From: Tubiluchus corallicola
Lineage: Eukaryota; Animalia; Priapulida
DNA length: 64,000 nt
Reading direction: 5' to 3'
NCBI GenBank assembly: GCA_030141605.1
Contig: JAQGDQ010000130.1
Span: 62,001-126,000, forward strand
This document shows, one piece after another, positions 1 through 11,439 of the stretch. How positions within the stretch are numbered: the stretch's first letter is position 1; every line of letters starts with the position of its first letter. Made by a program: the position numbers and the translations under genes. The notes under the pieces were generated by a model. The model saw nothing but the letters and a program-made list of their open reading frames with translations, was not told the origin of the DNA and made no database searches.

Positions 1-482
1 GACACTCCTTAACTTTCACAACGGTTATCCGATTTGAGTTAAACTTTCCTAGGTAATTATAATATAGGTATTCTACCTATATTAATGTCATCGCTATATA
101 GAGTTTATAGACGCATGTATAGTGCTCCAAACATGGTTTTATTAGTGCTTTAACATCACCTTCCGTAGCGCCGCCACCTCGTAGACACGCCCCCGTACGT
201 GCAAATCTCGCATGCTTCAATATCAATCTAATATTCGCCGAGAGATTTTGCTGCAAATTCTATATTAAAATGAAGTGGCAATCAAGGGTTTAGTGTCCGC
301 GCTTAATTACGACATTTTCCTGCAAAAGCTTAGCCGCCGGTGTTCATTAGTAGTGAGGGATGGTAATCAGAGAGGGTGAAAATTGTTTTGTTCAGTCGTT
401 GCGAAACCAAATAAATTTATTTATGGAAATAAAATTTCACGAAAGAAAAGAAGAGATTACAGTGAAAAATTTAGAATGAAAA

Positions 483-485
<3 letters not shown>

Positions 486-530
<45 letters not shown>

Positions 531-901
531 AAGAGCTAATGAGAGAGATACAGAGGGACAAACGGAGAAAAAGAAAAGGAAAACGAGAGAGCGCTGAGAA
601 TGAGTGAAAGAAGAAGAGAAAGTGGGAGACACACACACACACACGCACGCACGCTCGCACGCTCGCACGCACGCACACACACACACACACAGAGGTTCTT
701 TCATTCATTCAAAATAATTTATTTATAAAATATAAGTACAACTTACATATATATTTGATATATTTTGCATATATTTATATATAGTATACATATATTGTAT
801 ATAGTATATATATATATATATATTGTAATTTGTAATATTTTATATTGAGAGTATAAGAGAGAAAGAGAGGGGGAAAGACAGAAGAAAAAGAAAAGAAAGA
901 G
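486..901. repeat. Compound microsatellite/low-complexity block: (AG)n, (CA)/(CGCA)n, (TA)n-rich, AG-rich
   Basis: Directly visible; explains the SL/VC/IY-rich ORFs at 457-955. Confidence 0.95.
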
Positions 902-914
902 AATCAAAACAGAC

Positions 915-1145
915 AGTGTAAAGTGTAAACGCAGCTTTTCACTGAGATCACCCATAGCCTTCTCACAATTTTACCCTCAATTCGCTGATCATACTTCCAC
1001 ACCTTCTCTTCGTGTCTGGAGGCATGCAACTCATTAACATAAAACTGAAATTTTTCACCCAAACGCTGATTGCTAATATTTGTCAACCTTTCTTCTTGTT
1101 CTTGTTGACACGATAATGACTGAGTTTAACGCAGCTGCCGCCATT
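915..1145 (-). mobile_element. Possible decayed Crypton-like (tyrosine recombinase) N-terminal remnant
   Basis: The minus strand begins AAAATGGCGGC (MAAAALNS...). Across frameshifts it gives TRTRRK..LAISVWVK..MISELRV..EGY, loosely like the Crypton T..A..VW / ELR...G..Y pattern. Weak, by-eye match. Confidence 0.2.
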
Positions 1146-1727
1146 TTGATTGTCGTAATAACCTTAATTGTCTAACGCTTGAAAAATGACGTCAGTTTAA
1201 TAGAAGTTAATTGAGAAAGACATGAAAATGCGCTTTGCACAATAAATATGATGTATTCGCCTGGATAAAGGGGAAGTTGTCGAGGAAGGATGAAGAAGAG
1301 AAAGAGTGAACTACCACAAAGCTTGTATTTTTTTCGTCTCGCATTTTATCATTTTAAATACGTTTTATTTATTTATCTCAAACCATGTATATTATAGTCC
1401 AAGCTATTTCTGCAATTTCTTAATTACAACAATTTTTCTACAAAAATGATTATACATTTTTATGTATGCACGGTCACACGATCACGATCAGCATAAGTGT
1501 ATTTAGCACTGCTGATTTCAAACTTTATATTTTGTAATGTTTGCTAAATAAAGATAAATAAAAGAATTGATGAATAGTAAAAAAGATTGATATATGAACA
1601 TTTTTGAACATTTTTGAACAGCAAAAAAACACTATAATAACTTAAGAACACAATAGACGATTTTGCCAAAGCATGTGGAAGATAATGCTAATGGTGGTAA
1701 CCACAAATGGCAATATTTCAGTGACGC

Positions 1728-2170
1728 AATGATGATGATGATGATGAAGGTGATGATTATGATAGGGATGATTATTATGATGGCGATAATGAGAACAATG
1801 ACGATAATGGTGAAAATGATGATGATGATGACAATGGTGAATGACGATGATTATGATGACGTAGACGATTATTGTGACAATGATGACAATCACGACAACG
1901 CTGACGACGACGACGACGACGACGACGATGATGATGATGATGATGATGATGATGATAACGACGACGATAACGACGACAACGACACCGATAATAAGGATGA
2001 CAATAAGGATGGTAATGATGAATGCGATGATCATGAAGACGACGTTTGTCATGTTTTACATCCGTTTTTTGGGGATTTTGCACGAAATTTCCCAGGAAAG
2101 ACACACTGCCAAATTCGTAACCATGTGGTGCAGTATCAACGTGAAATGATGACGACAAAGATGATGAAAA
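1728..2170. repeat. Degenerate (GAT/GAC)n trinucleotide low-complexity tract
   Basis: Runs of gatgat/gacgac; poly-D, poly-M, poly-T, poly-H and poly-I ORFs occur in several frames. Confidence 0.9.
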
Positions 2171-2727
2171 CATCGTAATCACAGTAACATCAAAATCATA
2201 TTCTTAATGTGATGCCGATGTAAAGAATGAGAGGATGGCGACATTTGTCAGGTTTTATTTCAGTTTTATCAGGGATTTGTCAAAAATTCCAAGAGAGCTG
2301 CAACACTCGAGCTTAACTATACAGAGACTTGCACAGACCTTATTTTGTGCAATTCTCGCGTATTTGACCGCATAATACGATGCCCGTCTAATTAATGACG
2401 ACGTAAATGGTAAATTGCGCTAAATTTGGGTTAAAATGAGCGTGAAATGGCGTTCACTGTGGTGACGGCACTGACGGTGTTAAACTCGTAGATTACTTGT
2501 TTATTGAGTTTGCCCTGGCCAGTTTCGGGTCATTTTCACAAAATAGATTGCTATAAGCGCCACCTGAGCCTGATAATTCACCACAGTAGGGAAAGACGAG
2601 TGTGCGATGCCTAGTTGGGCGTGGGGTCCGGATGTGTGTACGCTGTTACTGAGTGTATAGCTTCTTTATTTTCCTAAACAAACACTAGGACATCGCATCG
2701 CAAAGATAGTCATTAAAATTTGTTTAA

Positions 2728-3312
2728 AGCAAAACTGGACCCAATCTTAAACTGTGGGTCAAAACAATTTGCTCTTTAAAATATTGAAAGGGAACACACT
2801 ATTTTTTCACTACCACACAAACACAAATTCGCTTTCGCGCCGCTAGCTCTTCGCTGTCACATGCATTCGCCATTCGCTAGTTAGACGGGCGTTAGCGCCT
2901 GCATTTCGGAAACGCATTACACAAAAACAGATACTGTACCTCTCAGTTCAGATGTGTTAGTTTCTGACGAACAACGCACATTCAACAGCGCATGTGTGAG
3001 CGGTAAACTTGAAATTTGAATTTTTATCTTAAAACATGCTTAGTTTTAGTACAACACACGAATATTTTACAGTAGCATTGTAATTCAATTTTCGCTTTCA
3101 CAAACAGGTGCAACACGCTTGTAGAATATTTTTGCTACTAAAATCATATTAGTTTGTGATGTCATCAACAGTTAAGCTCGCCTGCCATCAATTGTTTTTA
3201 ATCTATTATTTTAATTATCAGAAACGCCTTTGCAGTATTAATCGTGTTAAAATGTTAACTTTTTATCGGATTTGAAAATGGGGTAGTATGTGAAAAATCA
3301 TCCTGTCTTCCT
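2728..3312. mobile_element. Non-autonomous Kolobok-type DNA transposon, family A, copy 1
   Basis: TTAA at 2724-2727 and 3313-3316. Short TIR AGCAAAACTGGA / TCCTGTCTTCCT. Termini and the ~300-bp left part align in inverted orientation to 36473-37313. Confidence 0.75.
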
Positions 3313-3545
3313 TTAAGTCACGCAATTACAAATCATTTTTATCAGCAACAAACTTGTTAGCCATTACGCATTCTCTAATTTGTGCGGTTTTTGAAGCAAA
3401 TTAAAAAAATTCTTTCCGATTTCTACGGTACGTGGGATAAGATAAGAGAGATAGCTTTGCCTAAAAACGTGCGAAAACCTACACGAAAATTAAAAAGTTT
3501 TATGCACAAGTCATCAGAAACAGAACAAGTCAAGTAAACATAATG

Positions 3546-3763
3546 GAACGGAACGCAACAGAACAGTACGGTACGGTACGGCACGGCATGGCACGGCACG
3601 GCACGGTATGGTCCGGTACGGTACGGTGCGGTACGGTACGGTACGGTACGGTACGGTACGGTACGGTACGGTACGGTACGGTACGGTACGGTACAGTACA
3701 GTACAGTACAGTACAGTACAGTACAGTACAGTACAGTACAGAACGGAACAGAACAGAACAGAA
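3546..3763. repeat. Pentanucleotide microsatellite (GAACG/GCACG/GTACG/GTACA/GAACA)n
   Basis: Directly visible; source of the TVPYR/GTVRY ORFs. Confidence 0.95.
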
Positions 3764-4513
3764 TTATCTGAGTCATGAATAAGATAATTTGCAAAACGCA
3801 TGAGGATATGCATTCACTCAGTTAAGGTATCTAACAATTGAAATGCAAATCCATAAAAAATTTAGGATGGTTTCTGTGATTAACCTTAGCATTTACCAAA
3901 AAATCCTAATGATAATGATAAATGAATAATAAGTAACGAGTAAAAAGTTAAAGCACTCATGGCACTCTCATTTGGTCACCTAAATTTTCAATATATAGAC
4001 TGGGTTTGTACAATGGGTTTTGACAGTGACATGTGCGTAAGCTAAGTCGAAACGTACAATATGTTTTGGTTAGGCATTTCTTTGGTCTTTCAGACACTAG
4101 TGCAGTATCCACTGTTACAAACACAGAGCATAAATTCTGCTGTGTGGGTAATTACAACGTATATACAAGGAAAAACTTGCAGTTCTCCAAATATCGTCCT
4201 TGTTGTAGTGGAAACCATTATCGTGTACATTTTCATTCAAAGAGACCCATTAGGCAACAACGAAGCTGATTTTCTGACGTCGAAGAAAAGAAAACGTTTT
4301 GCTATTCGTTTAATAAAAAACTGAAGAAAGAGACTGAAGTTGAATACAAATCTGCAGACGATTCATCTATAATCTACCTGTTTAATATTAGTTATTTTCC
4401 GATTTGTAGGATTTGTAAAGTAGAAAGTGTAATCACGCTGAAGCCACTCTGAGTTCATATTGTTTTTTTAGTTCCTAACCTAAAACCTTCTTCAAAACCT
4501 AAAAGGAGAATGA

Positions 4514-4644
4514 GTTTACAATTCCCCACACAATTTGAATGCCCTAACCCTAACCCTAACCCTTAACCTTACCCCAACCCTAATCCTAACCCTGACCCGC
4601 TTCACGAACTAATTTCTTGTTTGGGGAGTTGTAAACGTTAGCCC
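4514..4644. mobile_element. Small MITE with internal degenerate (CCCTAA)n, copy 1
   Basis: TIR GTTTACAATTCCCCACACAA (4514-4533) / TTGTTTGGGGAGTTGTAAAC (4617-4636) enclosing CCCTAA-like repeats. A second copy lies at 30341-30489. Confidence 0.75.
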
Positions 4645-7181
4645 TTAAAAGGTATTCCGCGCAACTGTTTGGAGCCTAAAGAATTCGGTGCAACAGTTTG
4701 GCATTGATAGAATTTTTAAGAAACCCTTAAAACATGGCGGTCATGCAGAGAATTATCCCAGAAAGAAGACACAACTGCCCACATGATCACAGTTAAAAGA
4801 AAGGTTCGTCAGAAAAAATAGTTAAAAGAGTTTGGCTGGGTTTATTTGGGAGCAATTATTTTGCAAATATCTTCGATGTAAATTTGGTTGAGATTAATTT
4901 GTCTTGGAACAACTCGCCGCCATTACTTTTGGAAGTAAAGCCAGCTGTTGATTCGAGAAAAGGAAGAAAACTTAGAAGTGAGATAGGAGAACGCAGAAGC
5001 CATCTAATGGAATTTCTTGAGCAAATGTAGAGTTAATGACCAGGCAAGAGTTAAGCTGATAGTGCTGATAGCGTCTCGCTTCCTGCAGGAATGATTCTCT
5101 TTTCATATTGATTTAGTTTCATTAGACGGACTATCGAACTTTCAGCTTTTTGCCGCCTGACGAAAATCGACTTTTACAATTTATGGCTTCACTGCACGAG
5201 CGCCAGCTAATGAAGCCGCTTTCATATGCGGCAATATATGTTGATTTTCTTGAAATATTGTTGGCACTATCAGGCTTAAGCTGGTTTAGTGGTTTTCCTT
5301 TTACTGATTTGCAAAGCTTCGAGAAAAGCTACATTCTCAGCGTATTTTAGAGATGAGCGAAGGAGTGACAAGATTTTCTAAATTAACCTATGGGATTCAT
5401 GTAACAGTTTTTTCACCCTATTGTTGAAAGGCATCAAAATAGAGTAATGAAGCGAATGTCAACCACTGCTAAGTTTTAAAAGCCAAGGCTCACCATTACT
5501 AAGTTGCAGGTGTTTTTCAAGCAAGAATGATCGCTCCTTCTAATTCAGGCTGGTCTATCGATCACTGGTGCCTGATAGGTTGGATAACTTGATTGGTTGA
5601 TTGCTTAGTTGTTCGTGTGACTAGTTCATTGATCTACTTGGGAACAAATCGGATAGTCAATGGCACATTGATTGGAAGTTTAATTAGAAATTTTTTATTG
5701 GTGATTTGTTTGTTCGTCAGTATATTTATTGAATATTTGGTAGACTAATTTGCTTTTAGTTTATAAATTTATTAGTTGACTGGTTAGTATGCTGACTGAT
5801 TGATTGGCTGGTTGGTTATACAATTCATGAGTACAGACTGATACATACCTTGAGAACATCAGCTACTCTTCTTCTTCTACCATAGTCTCTTGGGTAATGT
5901 TTGTAATGATCTGCCTAATGGCTACTGGTGAGGTGAAAATGCGTTTCTCGATGTTTGAGCTTTTACGGTTCTCTTGGGGAGATAGAAAGCCTGCTACAGT
6001 GTGACTGTGAAATTCATGTTTTCTAGCATATAGTGAGCTTGCAATATTAAGGATTTGTACAGTTTTTCATTTTATGTAGCAAACTAATGTCTAGTGCTTT
6101 GTTGATTACTGGTATTTTAGAAGAAGAAGATTAAAAGTGACGTATAACTATTGCAAAATTTTGTAATGTTGTACTGCTTACACTTATTTATTATTTCGCT
6201 TGCCTTTTTCGAAAACAAAAAACAACTTTTTTGTTGCAAGCTTATTTGACTCACTAGGCCCTGCAAAATTTATGGGATTCGACTCAGAATCAGATTTTTT
6301 GTGCAGCTAACAGTTTTGGCATTATACCGGTTTGGTCATGTAACTCAAATCCTAATGGAGTTGCACTGGTTCCCTGTCAAACAACGTATTCAATAACTGG
6401 TCGATTAATGCGCTCTACAAATAAATTATCAATAGGCCTATCGATTATCATTACCTTATATTAATCTTTTTCTTAAACATTTTATCAGATTGTGTTACAC
6501 ACAATGTTAAAATTCAATATCACTTTTGAATTTCATTTTTGTGTAATGCCAAATTTTGTTATTGGTTATGCATACTTTTCTAAAATACTTTTTAAAGATG
6601 AACAAAGAGTACAGTAGAAAAATTTTCGTTTATTGTCATGGCAAACGAATACTCGACATCGTTTATAAAAGGTCATTGGATACTCTGCTATGACGTCATC
6701 ACACTATTTCCTTTTTTATTCAATGTATGAGGAGATGAAAGAAGGCAAACAAATTCCCCTCTTGCTTATCACCTCAACACAGTGGTCAACCATCTTCTAA
6801 AACTTTGGTCACTTTGTTGGCACTTTGCAGATCTCGTACCTTTGAAATCTTGTGGCGCAATAGAGATATTCTTATCACCGCAGCGCAGGTCGGGCGAAGA
6901 TAACGTCTTACAGCGTTCAGAATTATGAATTGTTCAATATGCGTCGCTTCTACTGACATAAACGGTCCCATTCAAGCGGCAACTAATTTTAATTAGACTA
7001 AGTAAATTTTACGGCCATCACAATGTGGGAAGTAATTGATAAATTTAATGACGGTGATAAGACAAGCGTAAAAGAAGCGGAAACGATATATAAGCGGGGA
7101 TGAGCCTAAAATAAAAAAATTAATTAAAAAAATGGACTGTCTTTGAAAATAAAGAAGCGACGAAGTAATTTCGACACTTAA

Positions 7182-7545
7182 AGGGCAAGAAGAGGGAATT
7201 TTAAAGTATATACCATCAGCAAAATTATATTACTTATCATTACGTTTACCTGTTTTTGAAAGACTTAAGTAACTGAAAACGAAAATTCTTAATGATTTAA
7301 AACTTTCGGACCATCTGGCAAAACTTTCCCAGTGTGCACCACTGATTCACCAGAAAAAATGTTATTGATCTTGTCGATAATATAAAGTAATAAAAAAGTT
7401 TTACTAGTAAGTGAAGTGTGTGCTACGAATGCGCTGATTATTTTTCAAACTTTATGCAATGTTATCTAAACTTGTTTTAAGCGATTTAGCGTTAAAATAG
7501 CAGCGCCTAACATTCGTCGCGAGAGTTTAAATTCACAAGTTTTAC
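7182..7545. mobile_element. Kolobok-type MITE, family B, copy with right end not found
   Basis: Left end TTAA-AGGGCAAGAAG. 7200-7270 and 7415-7535 align to 39813-39898 and 40022-40145. Confidence 0.6.
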
Positions 7546-8119
7546 ACAGCGTTACTGCTAACACAATAAGACAGTAGGTCATTTTTAGGTAAGTGTACAA
7601 TGTATGTTGATAAAACTATAAGACCGAAACTTTACCAAAAATCTAGCAGTCGCTATCATTGGTTATACTGAAATATTCTAGCTGCTTTACATGATTGCAT
7701 CTAGGCCTACATTATATAAAAACGCTCGTTTAGTGTTCATCATCTGCACAATGGTATTCATTTCTCCTACCTACTTTCCCTACTACACTCCCCTTCCTCT
7801 CGTTTATTAGCTGTAGAGAAAGCATTACAAGCAAATCCATATTTCAGACAAAGCATGTATAATATCTGCCACCGGCAGCTGCTTGCTTCATTCGCTTTAT
7901 ACTTTACACGAATGAGCTTTAGTTATGGCGAATAGCCAGCCTAACTTAATTAGAAAGGTATAATAGAAGCAAGGTATTCAGCAATTTTCTGCTGATTTCT
8001 GTCTCTCACATATCACACACATACTCTACTCCGTTTCCTCTCTTTCCCTGTCCGTCTCTCTTCCTCTTCTTACCCAGCCTGTTTGCTTTCTCCGCCCCCT
8101 CTATTTCTGTTCCTCCCTC

Positions 8120-8162
8120 CTCTCTCTCTCTCTGTGTGCGTGCGTGTGCGTGTGCGTGTGCG

Positions 8163-8215
<53 letters not shown>

Positions 8216-8297
8216 TTCTCCTTCGCTATCTTTCTTTTTCTCTTATTTCTCTCTTATTTTCTCCCCTCTCTTCCTTCTGTTTTCCCTAACTCCTTCG

Positions 8298-8388
<91 letters not shown>

Positions 8389-8400
8389 ATCTTTCTCTTT
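8120..8400. repeat. Compound microsatellite (CT)(GT/GTGC)(TGTC)(CT)n
   Basis: Directly visible. Confidence 0.95.
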
Positions 8401-9265
8401 ACAAACACGGTACCACACTGAAAACATTTTACTCAACAATAATCCGTTTATTTTCATCATTTTCTACTAACAAAAATAATTGCCTTATCAAGCAAATATT
8501 AAATAAGCCCGTCGATATAACAATTCGAGTTTTCTGCGTTCATAACGTTAAGAGAATTCGGAGTTTCCGGGGAAGTCTTCAATTTTCGATTTTAGAGAAA
8601 TTTCTAGGTTTCTACAAAGCTAGTTGACAGTGTTAACGACAGGCTAATTGTGTAATTGTGTTTTAGATGCAACATTGATTTAGGCTTCTCTGTCTCCCTC
8701 GTCTTCTCATATCTTTCTCTTCTCACCCAGCCTGTTTTCTCCGCCCCTCGCCCCGTCCGATAAACATCATAACCTAAGCATCTGGAGTTTCTAAATCTCA
8801 AGTCTTTAGAAAAGTGGTGCATTAAAAAGGAAATTTACCTTTATGCACGGAATTATTCATAGGGAAGTTGATGTTGATTCTGACAATTTTTTGCATCTTG
8901 CAAAGTTGTATCTTGCAATTGAACTTGGCAAAATCATTCTCTGAAGCTTTTCGCGCGTCCAAAAGTATCATTTGGTCATTTTCTCTCAAATCGAGTTGTA
9001 CCGATTTGGAACTTCTTGCCTATATATGTTCATGGTGCACACCTCGCACAAAATATAAAGTTATTTAAAAGCCGCTTAAAACTTAAATAAAGTTAACTAA
9101 CATAAGTTTCCTTGTACACAATAGACACATGTAAGCAGTTATTCTCTTTGTTCTTTGACCACTCTCTCGTAAATACTGTATTTGTGTGCATTTCGTCAAC
9201 ATATTTTACATATATTGTTTTTATTATAGTTTACTAATGGGTTGAATAAAATAAATAAAAATAAG

Positions 9266-9417
9266 TAAAATAAGATGTTGCAAATTTAGTTGAAAATTAT
9301 TTTTGAAATGGCTACTATTATTATTCTTATGTAATTGCTGTATAAAATAAGATGTTACAAATTTAGTTGAAAATTATTTTTGAAATGGCTACTATTGTTA
9401 TTCTTATGTGATTGCAG
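9266..9417. repeat. 77-bp tandem duplication (2 copies)
   Basis: taaaataagatgtt...tattcttatgt starts at 9266 and at 9343, with few substitutions. Confidence 0.9.
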
Positions 9418-10639
9418 ACACAGTTCTTCTAAAGGAGCTCATGCTTTATTTTCTTAAAAACCTGATTCTTGTGCGCTTGCTAAATTAAAATAACCTCGTG
9501 ATCACAAAGATTCTGAAGGAGCCGCTATGTACTGTAGAAATCGGCAGCTTAGTCCACTTTCCAATCTATTATTGACCCAAATCTCTGGACAAGTCCATAA
9601 ATCAGTTGATTACGACCTACCGGGTTTTATATTGGTCGTACACTCACGGTTAAGAAGCAGATCAACATGGAGCCCAGGGTAAATATTGGCTTCTTAACCC
9701 TCTGACTGTCAGTGGGTCATTTGTTAATCGCCGCAAAGCATTGCTACACTTTTGTAAAGCCATTGAAACTAGCTAACCAACCAAGTAACAAACCAGCCTG
9801 CTGGCCTGCTAACAAGTAAGTAAGTAAACAACTTATAGCCATTGTGTATTGTGATGTGTGATGAAATACATGTGATGAAATTTGTATGATTTTACGCACT
9901 ACAGCAAAAAATTAACACTAAAAAATTTCCTATTAGCTATCGTATAAATGCTAATAATCTATATACAGCGATAAAGAGGATATTGCAAATTTACTGAAAT
10001 TTACCGTCGATAGCATAAGCTACAACACTGTAGAAGGAATTTGAGGTCCTTCTGGTTTTAGCGTTAATTGAACGGTATCTACGGCCAGAATGGAGCATTT
10101 CAAAAAAATATTTCCTGCATGGATGACAGTTGACAGACAACTTGCGCTCTTTTTGAAACCCTCGTTTCGTACAAATGTGCCATAAGTTGCTGTTCATTTC
10201 CTACAATTTCCGAAGCGGACTTAAGACTTGGTCAAGAGTACAGCGATCTCACGACGTGGTAGTGCCATACCAAACATTGAGGGATGTCGTTAAAGTTAAA
10301 TGATTTAAGTTGTCTTAAAAAGTACAGACGCTGGCGAACCTTCTTTACACAACAACCACGTTAGCTTCCCATATAAGGTCGTCTGAAATTTTTATTCCCA
10401 AAAATTTGCTACCGTCATTTACCTCTACTATTTATGAGTGATAGTTGGAATTCTTATCACAGTAAGACGCGTGATTTCGCATTATTGTTTCATTTTCTTC
10501 ACCATCTTCTTCATGTTTTTCACTCAAGTATGTCAGTTCCGTTGTTTTTCTCTATAATAACGTTATCTTTCATGAACAGCTTGAAATTCTGGAAAACTTG
10601 ATGAACTGTTAGGATTGAGCTATGGTCATAATAATAATC

Positions 10640-10715
10640 AGCAGTGCAGTTCAGTGGTCACAGCAACAGTCTTGTTATCCACAGGTCACTGGTTCAAATC
10701 TAACCTTAAACTCGA
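10640..10715 (+). mobile_element. Possible tRNA-derived SINE head
   Basis: A-box-like GCAGTTCAGTGGT and B-box-like GGTTCAAATCT at tRNA-like spacing; no full cloverleaf. Confidence 0.3.
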
Positions 10716-11160
10716 ATTTATTGCATTTGTCTTTCTTTCAATCCAGTTTGGTTCAAAATGTCAGTGTGGATTTTTTCTATCAGTGTTAATCAGTGTTGCT
10801 AAGATATAAAAAGCAGGTTATTCTGTTGTTTCGTTTCTCTGTAGACTGTACAAGAAAGCTGACTGCTTCCCTTTTGGGACGTTCATTCACACATTCAGTA
10901 CACATTGTAATAGAGAATTGATTATATTATCGTGATTTCGTGAAAAGCTCATTAAGATTATTGACACAACATGGCTTATTAAAGCTTATTATATTGCTGC
11001 AGCTTGTATTGCTTTTAAAATGAAATTGAAAAGCGGCTTCAAAAGCGTACAATAAACGTACTAATTTTAGTATTTGCAACTAAGCTTTGGTAGGACTGTT
11101 GGTTGAATAAAAACACATATTCATGACTTAAATTTATTTTAAGATAATTACTATAAAGTA

Positions 11161-11439
11161 TCTGCAATTGATTGTGGCTGTGCTTATTATTTTGAAAACT
11201 CAGAACATTTCTTCATAGAATGTCCTCATGATTATCCAACTTGAGATGCTATGTTCAGTCAATTAAATAACATATTATTGACTTTACATATCAATATTTT
11301 ACAATATAGTAATTGAGAACTACTGTCATTGTGTCTTAGGGGAAATGCTGGTTTTAATGTTATTGTCAACCGTAAGACTTTTGATTGCATTCAAAATTAC
11401 ATTACCATAACTAAACGTTTTAACATGATCAGGCGTTAG
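11161..11439 (+). mobile_element. 5'-truncated CR1/L2-group LINE, ORF2 C-terminus (pseudogenised)
   Basis: Translates as DCGCAYYFENSEHFFIECP..*..LCLRGN....VNRKTFDCIQNYITITKRF, i.e. the C.C..E..HFF..CP knuckle and the terminal Q.YI..TKRF motif of these LINEs. Two in-frame stops. Confidence 0.75.

Noticed and set aside
1-306. Kolobok-like MITE cut by the window edge (gacact ... agtgtc..TTAA)
   Set aside because: Only a 6-bp inverted match is visible and the left terminus lies outside the window.
1663-2178. 171-aa Asp-rich ORF as an acidic biomineralisation protein
   Set aside because: It starts at TTG with no signal peptide. Several frames are open simply because of (GAT/GAC)n, and there is no splice or codon evidence.
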